A DNA stretch of 64,000 bases from a virus (Duplodnaviria; Caudoviricetes), in the IMG/VR virus record IMGVR_UViG_2687453464_000002, positions 1-64,000 of that record; one strand, given 5' to 3'. The notes beneath the pieces are model-generated. The model worked only from the letters and a program-made list of their open reading frames with translations, was not told the origin of the DNA and did not search any database. The position numbers were made by a program, and so were the translations under genes. Of this stretch, positions 1 to 8,713 are shown piece after piece. Every line of letters starts with the position of its first letter. Positions within the stretch are counted from its first letter, which is position 1.

Positions 1-175
1 TGCGCGAGTTAAGGGTCTTCTCCGGATCGGGTTCGGAGACGTCGTTTCGCCGGCTGCTGACATACCCGGCGAGCGGCGTCACAGCGTAAGGCCGGCGGGC
101 CAGATCGGACTCGCGGCCGGCCGCAGCGCGTGGTATGTATACTGTCACGGTCATATCCATCGGCAAGGAGCGTCT

Positions 176-304
176 ATGGATACGGTTGAACAGCTAGGTG
201 GAACATACTTCTATAAAGGGTTCGCAAACCTATCAGCGCATGAGTTACTGTTCTGGATCACGATTGATACTGTCGAGGAACAGCTAGGCGTTCAAGATGT
301 ATGA
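176..304 (+). pseudogene. Truncated STM2901-family gene (N-terminal 42 codons only)
   Basis: AAGGAG RBS at 165-170; translates MDTVEQLGGTYFYKGFANLSAHELLFWITIDTVEEQLGVQDV*, resembling the STM2901-family N-terminus; runs into an integrase remnant. Confidence 0.6.
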
Positions 305-386
305 GCGGGAAAAAGGAAAGGAATTTGCACAGAAGCTATTAGGGCATAAATCCAAAGCAATGGCGGGATAATAGCTGGATTCGCGG
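297..386 (+). pseudogene. C-terminal remnant of a lambda-type tyrosine integrase
   Basis: Reads MYEREKGKEFAQKLLGHKSKAMAG**LDSR, like lambda Int box II (FAQHLLGHKSDTMASQYRDDR); stop codons at the catalytic-Tyr position. Confidence 0.7.
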
Positions 387-475
387 GCAAGGATTGCTTA
401 AGGCTATAAAAAAGCCTAATACAGAAACTCGGCCATTTTCGGACAATCGAAAATAATCCCTTAAAAATCAACCAC

Positions 476-499
476 ACAAAAAAAGACCGAATACTATTC
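476..499. repeat. Left att core of the P2-like prophage
   Basis: ACAAAAAAAGACCGAATACTATTC; 23/24 identical to 35071-35094. Confidence 0.85.
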
Positions 500-596
500 A
501 ATTAAAAAATAATCATTTTAAATCATACAGATATATTGATGGTAGAGGATAATTGGCGACAAAATGACTACGGATTTTATCGCCAAAAATTCGTGG

Positions 597-797
597 CTAC
601 TTCTTGCGAGTGGGGCCTGTACATGTGCTCTTTGATTTGCTGGTAGATCCATCGTTGCACACAAATTTGCCGTCGGTAGTGCAATGAGAAACACCGCCTT
701 TACTTTTGGAGCAAGGGTAATTCTTTGCCTGCGCAGGGGAAGTTGCGAAAGAGAGAGCCATTGCTGTAAAAACTGCAATACCGATTATCTTTTTCAT
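597..797 (-). CDS. Small secreted Cys-rich protein (YdcA-like)
   Basis: Signal peptide ending AQA; [12 protein letters not shown]...FVCNDGS...C pattern; AAGGA RBS. Confidence 0.7.
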   Translation of the reverse strand: MKKIIGIAVFTAMALSFATSPAQAKNYPCSKSKGGVSHCTTDGKFVCNDGSTSKSKSTCTGPTRKK

Positions 798-828
798 AAA
801 TCATCCTTAATGTAGTGAAATTTAATCT

Positions 829-1221
829 CTATGGGTACTGGCTCATGTGTTCGGTCAAAAATTTATCATTTTCACCGTCATTCAGATCGCCATATTTGTC
901 ACAATCATTTCCATTCATTTTGAATGTATAGCTTTGCACCTCCCACTGGTTCATAACATCCACCTTCTGAATGGCATCAGATGGCCACTTCTCTCCATCA
1001 TTCCAACGCGTAGCGCATACACTCCACATAGTGCTACGGGCAAGTGGTTCCGTTACCTTATCAAAATTAAAAATGACTTTTAGATTAGGGTATTCATAGC
1101 GGTATTCCTTAATGTTAAGGCCGCGCATTGCCTTGTCTATGGACGCAGGAACTTTCCCCTCGCTGGCCAAGGTGGGCAATGTGGTTAACAGTAAAGAAAC
1201 TACGGTTAATGCTCTTATCAC
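829..1221 (-). CDS. Hypothetical exported protein (moron downstream of cI)
   Basis: 130 aa with an N-terminal signal peptide and two Cys; starts 9 bp after the cI stop. Confidence 0.7.
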   Translation of the reverse strand: MIRALTVVSLLLTTLPTLASEGKVPASIDKAMRGLNIKEYRYEYPNLKVIFNFDKVTEPLARSTMWSVCATRWNDGEKWPSDAIQKVDVMNQWEVQSYTFKMNGNDCDKYGDLNDGENDKFLTEHMSQYP

Positions 1222-1230
1222 GTTAAGGCC

Positions 1231-2076
1231 TCAGCTGTTAATTATGGTTTTTCTAATCTCACCGACACATTCTACATCATCAACTGAACACTCGAAGTTT
1301 GTGGTTAAAGTTGAGACTTTGATTTTGTTTCCGGGAATACGTGTCACTGAATAAATGTCATGTACTCCATCAATATTCAAAAGCCAAGACCCATTACCGA
1401 TAAGCTTTTTATCAAAGTCTATCAGCCATGAGTCATTGCCCCGCTCTACCAATCGGATAGATTTGGCGCCCGCAGGTATGAATGATGGATCACATATCCA
1501 AGAGCCGGCATCTATCAGCGCACCAGAAGAAATAGACATCCGCGGAATGGTTGTAAAAGTCGGTTCGTGAGAGGCCGCATCTGGATTACCTGGGGAGCCT
1601 TGCCCGGTAGCCAGCCACAAAAGCGAAACACCAGTATCTAACGTACACGCAACAACCGCATCGCCTGGGAAATACTCACGCCTAACCCATGTGCTGATCG
1701 TTGCCGTTGATATGTCTAGTAAATCTCCAAGTTCCTTCTGCGTGCGGAACCCATATGCATCCAGCATGCGCCGCAAAACAGGCTTGCCACCTGAGGCTTG
1801 TATTTGCTCATAAAGGGCTCGCCCAGACATTTTTGATTTGCCAACTTCAAAATTCGAATTTTCAAACTTTCCAGTCATCAACCAACGCAAATCAGCACCA
1901 GTATCGAGCGCACACTTAATAACAGCGCTTCCGGGAACGCTGTTGCGTTGAACCCACGAACTCACGTTATTTGGCGGCACATCAAGGCTGCTGGCCAGCG
2001 CTCGTTGTGATGTGACCCCATAGGACGAAGTAAGGCGCTCAATAATAGCGGCTGAATCTTCAAATTTATCAGTCAT
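1231..2076 (-). CDS. cI: 186-type CI repressor with two tandem HTH domains
   Basis: Two copies of the 186 CI N-domain (...SWVQRNSVPG...LRWLMTG and ...TWVRREYFPG...LLWLATG) plus a CI-type C-domain; ATG start at 2076 chosen over the GTG at 2115. Confidence 0.85.
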   Translation of the reverse strand: MTDKFEDSAAIIERLTSSYGVTSQRALASSLDVPPNNVSSWVQRNSVPGSAVIKCALDTGADLRWLMTGKFENSNFEVGKSKMSGRALYEQIQASGGKPVLRRMLDAYGFRTQKELGDLLDISTATISTWVRREYFPGDAVVACTLDTGVSLLWLATGQGSPGNPDAASHEPTFTTIPRMSISSGALIDAGSWICDPSFIPAGAKSIRLVERGNDSWLIDFDKKLIGNGSWLLNIDGVHDIYSVTRIPGNKIKVSTLTTNFECSVDDVECVGEIRKTIINS

Positions 2077-2101
2077 ATGCAAAATAACCCACGCAAATGC
2101 A

Positions 2102-2131
2102 TTTACATTGAACACAATTGCGATCTATAGT
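2102..2131 (+). promoter_or_regulatory. Candidate early lytic promoter (pR/Pe-like)
   Basis: TTTACA-18 nt-TATAGT upstream of cox. Confidence 0.45.
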
Positions 2132-2189
2132 GAATACACACCACATGTAACACCGTAGAACACAAACCACTAACCGGAGATATTGCTTT

Positions 2190-2582
2190 ATGTCTCATGA
2201 TATTGCAAACCCCCAGGCCGTACCCGCCGCGCCTTTTTCACCTACGCAGATTGCAAACATACTTCTGCCTGGTCTGAGCGGCGCCATTCTGGAAGCAGTG
2301 CAGCGCGCAGTTGCTATGCACACCTCCCCGACCATGTCCAAAGAGGACTTCATTGCTGTTAACGGCATCAGCGCATCTGTGCTGGAGAAGTGGATCGCTA
2401 ACGGGGTTGTGCTGCTGGCGCCAACCCCTACAACTACCGTGAAGCAAAACCGAAAGAACCGGAAGACCGGCGAGATCGAAGAGGTCACGATGACCAAGCA
2501 CGGTAACGCCCTGATCAACCTCGAAGCGTGGCGTGAGAAAAACCGCCAGGTTGCGATCAAATGCCGCTACATCCACGGTTAA
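2190..2582 (+). CDS. cox: Cox/Apl-like repressor and excisionase
   Basis: Divergent from cI; wHTH-like MSKEDF...SVLEKWIANG...LINLEAW. Confidence 0.7.
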   Translation: MSHDIANPQAVPAAPFSPTQIANILLPGLSGAILEAVQRAVAMHTSPTMSKEDFIAVNGISASVLEKWIANGVVLLAPTPTTTVKQNRKNRKTGEIEEVTMTKHGNALINLEAWREKNRQVAIKCRYIHG

Positions 2583-2613
2583 TTCGATTATTCGAATTTT
2601 GAAGGGCTAAACC

Positions 2614-2640
2614 ATGTTTGATTATCAAGTCTCTAAACAG
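2614..2640. promoter_or_regulatory. Putative CII operator (pE-like) over the cII start
   Basis: ATGTTTG-N13-TAAACAG imperfect inverted repeat, in the position of the 186 CII site as recalled. Confidence 0.4.
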
Positions 2641-3123
2641 GCGCACTACGAAGAAGCCTGCCGCCGCTTCGCGACAAAGCACAACATCAAGCAGTTGAGC
2701 GCTGATGCTGGCATGTCCGCTCAAGTGCTGCGCAACAAGTTGAATCCAGACCAGCCTCACCGCCTGACGGTTGAGGAATTGCTGACGCTGACCGACCTCA
2801 CCGAAGACCCAACGCTGATCGATGGGATGCTGGCGCAGCTGCACTGCCAGCCGTGCGTACCAATCAATGAGCTATCCAGCGGCAAGGTCGCGGCGTATGT
2901 GCTCAATGCCACATCAGAAATCGGCAAGGTCGCTGCCGAGGCCGTTGCAGATGGCGCCATGACCGCCGCGCGCCGCGGTGCGATACGCGAAAGCGTTAAT
3001 GCTGGCATTCGTTACATGACGCTGGCAGGCCTCGCGATTCAGTCCCGCATCCATGCCAACCCGACAATGGCCTCCACCGTTGATGCCATCACCGCCGTTG
3101 GCGCGTCACTGGGCATGAGCTGA
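2614..3123 (+). CDS. cII: 186-type CII activator
   Basis: MFDYQVSKQ...QVLRNKLNPDQPHRLT signature. Confidence 0.9.
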   Translation: MFDYQVSKQAHYEEACRRFATKHNIKQLSADAGMSAQVLRNKLNPDQPHRLTVEELLTLTDLTEDPTLIDGMLAQLHCQPCVPINELSSGKVAAYVLNATSEIGKVAAEAVADGAMTAARRGAIRESVNAGIRYMTLAGLAIQSRIHANPTMASTVDAITAVGASLGMS

Positions 3124-3130
3124 GGTGAAC

Positions 3131-3343
3131 ATGATGCCAATTTCAATTGCTCCCCTGCTCAAGCAGCAAAGCCAATCTCGCCACTTTGGCCACGGTTGGA
3201 TCCAGCTGCAGAACGGCCGGCGTTGGTGCCCGGCACAAGACCAGAAAGAACTGCTGGCTCAACTGACCACCGCCTCGCGGGAGTCAATCGGCAGTAAGGC
3301 GGCAAAATGGCTTTTACTGAAACTACGCGTACTGTGCCGCTGA
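3131..3343 (+). CDS. fil: Fil-family filamentation protein
   Basis: ISIAPLLKQQS...HFGHGWI motif; follows cII as in 186. Confidence 0.65.
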   Translation: MMPISIAPLLKQQSQSRHFGHGWIQLQNGRRWCPAQDQKELLAQLTTASRESIGSKAAKWLLLKLRVLCR

Positions 3344-3660
3344 CACCGGGCCAGCGGGCCGACGGTTTGCAGCACATCGCCGAATTGCGCCGGGATATTT
3401 TCAAGTGCGACAGCACCGCCGAAATAAACCGCTTTTTGGCAGACGTGCGCAATGGAAGTGATCCACGATACAAGGACAACATCCGGGCTCTGAGCGCCAT
3501 TTTCTTTTTGGCTGGCATCAAGAAGGAGCGCCACGGGCTGAGTTTCAATGAACTGACGAGTGAGGAGAAAAAAGCATTGGTCGATGCAATGAATAAATTC
3601 CGCGCAGTCGTGAGTTTATTCCCGAAGCATTTAAGCATGCCGATAGAAATAACTTTTTAA
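3307..3660 (+). CDS. P2-like early protein (DUF5347-like)
   Basis: RADGLQHIAELR...AIFFLAGI...ELTSEE; conserved position. Confidence 0.65.
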   Translation: MAFTETTRTVPLTPGQRADGLQHIAELRRDIFKCDSTAEINRFLADVRNGSDPRYKDNIRALSAIFFLAGIKKERHGLSFNELTSEEKKALVDAMNKFRAVVSLFPKHLSMPIEITF

Positions 3661-3683
3661 CCTGACCAGAAATTAATTGGCGT

Positions 3684-3703
3684 AAACCCGCCGGGCTTTT
3701 TAT
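3684..3703 (+). terminator. Early terminator (tR1-like)
   Basis: AAACCCGCCGGGC hairpin followed by a T-run. Confidence 0.5.
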
Positions 3704-3726
3704 TACCTGAAGAAAGGAAAACCACT

Positions 3727-3999
3727 ATGAGAAATATGCAAAAACTGCCAATCACCATCGGGATCGATCTAGCCGCTGGTGACGATGTTTCCGTTGTGCA
3801 CCAAACCGCCTACCAGTTGGAAGAAATGCTGAAGCGCGCTCGCATGGATGAGCGTAAGAACCAAGCCGCGGTGATGTCCACTAAGTTGGAAAATCTGGCC
3901 AACTCCATCATCGCCAAGGATCTGAGCCTGCGCGAGGCTGTGGACCTTCTGCGCCACGAGGCCGAATTCATCCAAAACCAGGCGATGGAGCTGCACTAA
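3727..3999 (+). CDS. DUF2732-family phage protein
   Basis: LKRARMDERKN...LLRHEAE...ELH. Confidence 0.7.
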   Translation: MRNMQKLPITIGIDLAAGDDVSVVHQTAYQLEEMLKRARMDERKNQAAVMSTKLENLANSIIAKDLSLREAVDLLRHEAEFIQNQAMELH

Positions 4000-4217
4000 T
4001 GGCCGACGCAATGGACATCGAGCAGGAACGCCAGCAGTTGATCCTGGACGCTCAAATCGAACAGGCGCGCCGGAAGCCGGCCGCCCCTTCCGCCTTTCTC
4101 TGTGAAGAGTGCGACGCGCAGATCCCAGAGGCGCGCCGCCTTGCCGTTCCAGGCGCAGCCCGCTGCGCCAGTTGCCAAGAACTTCACGAAGCAAAATCAC
4201 GCCACTACCGGGGGTAG
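3999..4217 (+). CDS. TraR/DksA C4 zinc-finger protein
   Basis: MADAMD...CEEC..IPEARR..VPG...CASCQ. Confidence 0.9.
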   Translation: MADAMDIEQERQQLILDAQIEQARRKPAAPSAFLCEECDAQIPEARRLAVPGAARCASCQELHEAKSRHYRG

Positions 4218-4219
4218 CT

Positions 4220-5044
4220 ATGATGAATTCCGCTTTGAAATGGGTGGGCGGCAAGCGCCGCATAATGGACACCCTACGCCAACACCTACCAACCGCACCA
4301 GGCCGCCGCCTGGTGGAGCCGTTTGTGGGTTCCGCTACCGTTTTCCTGAACACCGACTTCGATTCCTACCTGCTGGCCGACATCAATGGCGACCTGATCA
4401 ACTTCCACAACGTGGCCAAAGAACACCCGGAAGAATTGATCAGGCTTGGCCAATTGATGTTTGCCAATCACAAGGGCCAGGAAGGCTATTTAGCAGTCCG
4501 TGCCAGTTTCAATCTCCGCATCGAAGTCAGCAATATCATGCGCGCGGCGAAGTTCCTCTATCTGAATCGCCACGGCTACAACGGCATGTGCCGTTACAAC
4601 CGCCGCGGGGAATTCAATATTCCATTCGGCAAGGTGGACGCACCTTACTTCCCAGAGAAAGAGATCCGCGCCTTCGCCGAGAAAGCGAAAAACGCTGTTT
4701 TCCTGTGCTGTGACTTCACCGAAAGCATTGAGATGGCGGCGCCAGGCGATGTCATTTACTGCGATCCGCCATACATGCCTAAGACGAAGACCACCGGCTT
4801 TACCGATTACCACACGGAAGGCTTTGGCGAATTGCATCAGTACAACCTGATGTACTCGCTGCGTGCCGCCGCCGCGCGAGGTTGTCACGTTGTGGCCTCA
4901 AATAGCGATGTCGCCGCAGCGCTGCAGTGTTATGGCGAGTTTGAGATCCACCACATCACCGCCCCACGTTCTGTGAGCTGCAAAGGTGATGGGCGTGGGC
5001 GTGTCGGCGAAATCATCGCAACAATGGGGGCCGCAACATGCTGA
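4220..5044 (+). CDS. dam: DNA adenine methyltransferase, Dam family
   Basis: LKWVGGK, EPFVGS and YCDPPY motifs. Confidence 0.92.
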   Translation: MMNSALKWVGGKRRIMDTLRQHLPTAPGRRLVEPFVGSATVFLNTDFDSYLLADINGDLINFHNVAKEHPEELIRLGQLMFANHKGQEGYLAVRASFNLRIEVSNIMRAAKFLYLNRHGYNGMCRYNRRGEFNIPFGKVDAPYFPEKEIRAFAEKAKNAVFLCCDFTESIEMAAPGDVIYCDPPYMPKTKTTGFTDYHTEGFGELHQYNLMYSLRAAAARGCHVVASNSDVAAALQCYGEFEIHHITAPRSVSCKGDGRGRVGEIIATMGAATC

Positions 5045-5256
5045 TCGGTTTTCTCTGCTGGCTTGTCGGCGCCTGTATCACTTTCTGCCTGCTTTGCCTC
5101 GGAATTAAAAGCGGGCACATCTATCGCATCACCACGGCCGCCGGCGTCCTAATCCTGTCAGTCATTTGGCCAATCACCGCCGCGCTGGTTCTCGGCGGGT
5201 TCATCTACGGGCTGGCAATTCTCGTTTATAGCCACATCACCGGGAGGAAATCATGA
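5038..5256 (+). CDS. Small two-TM hypothetical protein
   Basis: Two hydrophobic stretches; overlaps the dam stop. Confidence 0.6.
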   Translation: MLIGFLCWLVGACITFCLLCLGIKSGHIYRITTAAGVLILSVIWPITAALVLGGFIYGLAILVYSHITGRKS

Positions 5257-5393
5257 GAGCAGCAGAGCAGCGTGCAGAACACCTTGACGCAATGCTGAGT
5301 AAATCCGTCAAAGCGCTGAAATCGGCAGAGCGAAGAATCGCCGAGTTGGGTGAAGTAACTTTTCCAGCCAACATTGAATCAACGGCAGCATAA
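5253..5393 (+). CDS. 46-aa hypothetical coiled-coil peptide
   Basis: GGAGG RBS, ATGA overlap with the previous gene; MRAAEQRAEHL...AERRIAEL; ends 2 bp before A. Confidence 0.55.
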   Translation: MRAAEQRAEHLDAMLSKSVKALKSAERRIAELGEVTFPANIESTAA

Positions 5394-5395
5394 GG

Positions 5396-7870
5396 ATGAC
5401 GCAAGCCGCCAGAGGCCGCCAAGCCCCCACACCACCCCAGCCCTATCCTGGCAGCGGCGAGCCTGCTTTCGAGTGGGCTTATTCATGGAACGCGCCGCGA
5501 GAAGCTGTAGGCTCTCCATTTGTCAGTGCGGAAGAGCAGAAAAAACGGGATCGCATTAATGCCGATCTCGCGTCTGCCTTTGAACATTTGAATAAGCAAC
5601 CTGAGCAGGTAAAGCGCCAGGTTAACTCACACTTCTTCAAGCTTGAGCAATCGCAAGGGATCCAGCGAGCACATGCGTACTTGACACTGAATTTTGTTAA
5701 GCGCGCATTACCGCGCCTGGAACTGGTCAATAAGCAGTACCGGATATCAAAAATGACGGCAGACAACGCCAGATATATGTCGCGCTTTAACCACCTTGCT
5801 GATATGTCCCGCAGTGATGTTGAAGCGCTAGCCGAGGATATCGCCGCTTTTATCGCGCAGGAGCTGAGTCTTGTCGCCGAGGAGCGTGCCGACTGCAGTG
5901 ATTTGAAGGCAATCTGGTTTCTGTATCGCCGAGCAGGGAGAATCACGCGCGATTTTTGCCAATCACCGCCGCTGTGGGAAAAGCTGAATAAACGATTTTT
6001 TAGCGAAGAGGATGCTGGCCCTGCCGTATCCCGGATGTTGTCGCCGAAATGGTGGCTAAACCGTTTGCGCCGCACCTCTGCAGAATGGCGCGAGCACTTA
6101 AACATTGCGCTAGCTAACGTCAGTAAAAAAACCACCCCATACGCTAGCAAAACGGCGATCGCAGAATGGCGCGAGCAGAAACGACGCACCCGCGAGTTTT
6201 TAAAAGGGATGGAGCTCGAAGACGAAGCCGGAAACCGTATCAGCCTGATCGATAAATATGATGGCAGCGTTGCGAATCCTGCGATCCGCCGTAGTGAATT
6301 GATGGTGCGCATCCGCGGCTTCGAAAATATCTGTAACGATCTGGGCTACGTCGGCGAGTTCTACACAATCACTGCCCCTTCAAAATTTCATGCCACCAAC
6401 AAACACGGCCACCGCAACCGGAAGTGGAACGGCGCCAGCCCGGCCGAGACGCAGGGTTATCTGAGATCGGTTTGGTCAAAGATTCGCGCGAAACTTCACC
6501 GCGAAAATTTACGCGTTTTCGGGATCAGAGTTGCCGAGCCTCACCACGACGGCACGCCACACTGGCACATGCTGATGTTTATGCAGCCTGAAGATGTTGA
6601 CCAGGTGCGTGAAATCATGCGCGATTACGCAACGCAGGAAGATGCGCGGGAATTGAGCTCTGCTAAGGCCCGCAAGGCACGCTTCCACGCTGAAGAAATC
6701 GATCCTGACCAAGGTAGCGCCACCGGCTATGTTGCGAAGTACATCAGCAAAAATATCGACGGCTATCAGTTGGATGGTGAGCTGGATGACGAAAGCGGAA
6801 AGCCACTCAAGGAAACCGCCGCCGCCGTGTCTGCCTGGGCCGCTCGCTGGCGTGTTCGTCAGTTCCAATTCATTGGTGGCGCTCCGGTTACCGTATACCG
6901 CGAACTGCGCCGGATGGCAGACCATGAGGCCGCGATTGGCCTTAGCGTAGAGTTTGCAGCAGTCCACGACGCCGCCGACGTCGGCAATTGGGCGGAATAT
7001 ATCAACGCCCAAGGCGGGCCGTTTGTTAAGTGCGATGATCTGGTTGTCCGTACCTATTACGAGGCTGCGGAGGAAACCAACGGATACGGCGAAGACGTGA
7101 TCCGCGTGCGTGGTGTTTTCTCCCCGCCAGTTGGCCAGGATGTGCCAATTATCACCCGCGTAACTCAGTGGAAAATTGTGCCGAAGAAAGCGCCGGTTTT
7201 GGGTGTTGACCTTCAGGGCGCGCCTGCGCCCTCTCGGAGTTCTGTCAATAACTGTACGGAGGATCATGGTGGGAGTATGGCCCCGCCGGATATAGGCGAA
7301 GCCGACTATGCCAGCTGTGATGTTGATTTTGGCGAGTTATCTGCCAAGGAACGGCGGAAGGTACTGGCAAGAATCAGGGACGAAAACCCAAAAACAAGAA
7401 TAAGCAGACCACGGGCCGCAAATGCTCCAGCCGGCGCAGCTGGCGCTATGGAGAAAATCCGGGGCCGAGTAGAGGAAATTGCCGGAATTCTCCTCAGTGA
7501 TTCTGAGTGCCAACTTTTGGCCAAAGGCGTGACGATGAAAATTGCCGGCAATCACTACTACGGCAACAGCCGCGGTGATGTCTTCACGGCACGCGCGCCG
7601 GTACGGGCGGGTGCACTGATGCAGCGTTTCAATCAGTTACGGAAAAAAGTGACCGGGCAATCCGGAGAGCGCGATCAACTGCTTAAAAAAATTGAAAAAG
7701 AAAACAATAAGCAGCGAGAAAAAATAGCGCAGGAGCTGAGAGCCGTCGGCAGGCAGGCGCCAGCCATTGAAGAGATTGACCACCTGCTTCTTGGCGGAAC
7801 GGTGAAGATCGGTGCTTTCTACTTCAAAGCGGGGGCAGACGGTCGGCTTTATGGGCGCCGCAGGAAATGA
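5396..7870 (+). CDS. A: P2 gpA rolling-circle replication endonuclease
   Basis: TITAPSKFH, EPHHDGTPHWH (HUH) and GYVAKYISKNIDG motifs. Confidence 0.95.
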   Translation: MTQAARGRQAPTPPQPYPGSGEPAFEWAYSWNAPREAVGSPFVSAEEQKKRDRINADLASAFEHLNKQPEQVKRQVNSHFFKLEQSQGIQRAHAYLTLNFVKRALPRLELVNKQYRISKMTADNARYMSRFNHLADMSRSDVEALAEDIAAFIAQELSLVAEERADCSDLKAIWFLYRRAGRITRDFCQSPPLWEKLNKRFFSEEDAGPAVSRMLSPKWWLNRLRRTSAEWREHLNIALANVSKKTTPYASKTAIAEWREQKRRTREFLKGMELEDEAGNRISLIDKYDGSVANPAIRRSELMVRIRGFENICNDLGYVGEFYTITAPSKFHATNKHGHRNRKWNGASPAETQGYLRSVWSKIRAKLHRENLRVFGIRVAEPHHDGTPHWHMLMFMQPEDVDQVREIMRDYATQEDARELSSAKARKARFHAEEIDPDQGSATGYVAKYISKNIDGYQLDGELDDESGKPLKETAAAVSAWAARWRVRQFQFIGGAPVTVYRELRRMADHEAAIGLSVEFAAVHDAADVGNWAEYINAQGGPFVKCDDLVVRTYYEAAEETNGYGEDVIRVRGVFSPPVGQDVPIITRVTQWKIVPKKAPVLGVDLQGAPAPSRSSVNNCTEDHGGSMAPPDIGEADYASCDVDFGELSAKERRKVLARIRDENPKTRISRPRAANAPAGAAGAMEKIRGRVEEIAGILLSDSECQLLAKGVTMKIAGNHYYGNSRGDVFTARAPVRAGALMQRFNQLRKKVTGQSGERDQLLKKIEKENNKQREKIAQELRAVGRQAPAIEEIDHLLLGGTVKIGAFYFKAGADGRLYGRRRK

Positions 7871-7906
7871 CATCGATCATAGGCTCGACGCCTATGATGG
7901 TCAATC

Positions 7907-7932
7907 CTAGCCAAAAGTGCTGGGCTTTTTTA
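7907..7932 (+). terminator. Terminator after A
   Basis: CCTAGC...GCTGGG stem followed by a T-run. Confidence 0.45.
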
Positions 7933-8045
7933 TTTGTGGTTGGCACAACAGGGTAAAAATAGCTAAGTGATGGAAATGCATGCGAATGAAATAAATTCAC
8001 TGACAATGAGTCTTGACGAGTTTCCTGAAAACATTCACCATGATA

Positions 8046-8061
8046 CTGTATATACATACAG
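8046..8061. promoter_or_regulatory. LexA (SOS) box upstream of tum
   Basis: CTGT-ATATACAT-ACAG, consensus match. Confidence 0.9.
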
Positions 8062-8079
8062 CACCATTTGGAGGCAGTG

Positions 8080-8262
8080 ATGGAATCACTTGAAAAACAA
8101 AAACAAACTTTAACGCGCGTTCGATTCATTGCAGAGCTTGCCCTTATCGCACCACGGCACGCATCTGATTTAAAGCTTGCACTCGGCATGATCATCGATC
8201 TGTCCAGTGGGGTTCTACCGGACAAAGACTACGACGGAATTTTTTATAACGCTGACAGGTGA
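8080..8262 (+). CDS. tum: Tum-like SOS-induced antirepressor (short form)
   Basis: LexA box, GGAGG RBS; RVRFIAEL...DLKLALGMIIDL resembles the 186 Tum N-terminus; position after A. Confidence 0.65.
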   Translation: MESLEKQKQTLTRVRFIAELALIAPRHASDLKLALGMIIDLSSGVLPDKDYDGIFYNADR

Positions 8263-8412
8263 ACTAGGGTTTACTCACCAGACCGGTGTGCATGTCTATG
8301 GTGCATGAATCCGCACGATCAAAAAAGGATCTAAAACAACCGGGCGTACTAGTAATGGCGCGCCCTTCGGCTATTCAGGCACCTGCATGAAAACCCATAC
8401 AAAAAGCGGGCA

Positions 8413-8431
8413 GGCGTGGCGGGGCTACGAT
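8413..8431 (+). other. P2/186-type cos site
   Basis: GGCGTGGCGGGGCTACGAT in an AAAGCGGGCA...TGCGCGC context, similar to P2/186 19-nt cohesive ends. Confidence 0.8.
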
Positions 8432-8458
8432 TGCGCGCCATAGCTTGTTTTTGAATGC

Positions 8459-8488
8459 TTGTTAAAGTGGTGGCTTAGCAATTAGAAT
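8459..8488 (+). promoter_or_regulatory. Candidate sigma70 promoter of the defence operon
   Basis: TTGTTA-18 nt-TAGAAT; GGAGG RBS at 8509-8513. Confidence 0.45.
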
Positions 8489-8517
8489 ATTCTGTAAAAC
8501 ATTCAACTGGAGGCATT

Positions 8518-8700
8518 ATGGAATATCTAAGTCAGTTAGTAAGTTTTCTTGCCGGGGCTGGCGTAAGCTGGGCTATTAGTTTCACTGTATATAATTTCAA
8601 GTTGAAACAAATAAACATGAATCAAAACACCCCCACTCAAAACAGTAACACTGTTACGAACGGAAGCGTAGTCGGACGAGATCAGACTAATTCTCACTGA
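8518..8700 (+). CDS. 60-aa protein: N-terminal hydrophobic helix plus C-terminal N/Q-rich amyloid-like motif (candidate effector)
   Basis: Strong RBS; hydrophobic LVSFLAGAGVSWAISFTVY; QNSNTVTNGSVVGRDQTN motif shared with the next protein. Confidence 0.75.
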   Translation: MEYLSQLVSFLAGAGVSWAISFTVYNFKLKQINMNQNTPTQNSNTVTNGSVVGRDQTNSH

Positions 8701-8713
8701 GGGAGTGATTGAT

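Noticed and set aside
4102-4713. 203-aa alternative-frame ORF over dam, and the upstream extension of dam to 4109
   Set aside because: Shadow frames in GC-rich coding DNA; Dam homology starts at 4220
5479-7267. Long antisense ORFs (277 and 252 aa) inside gene A, and similar ones throughout both prophages
   Set aside because: Antisense shadows of well-supported genes with no recognisable motifs
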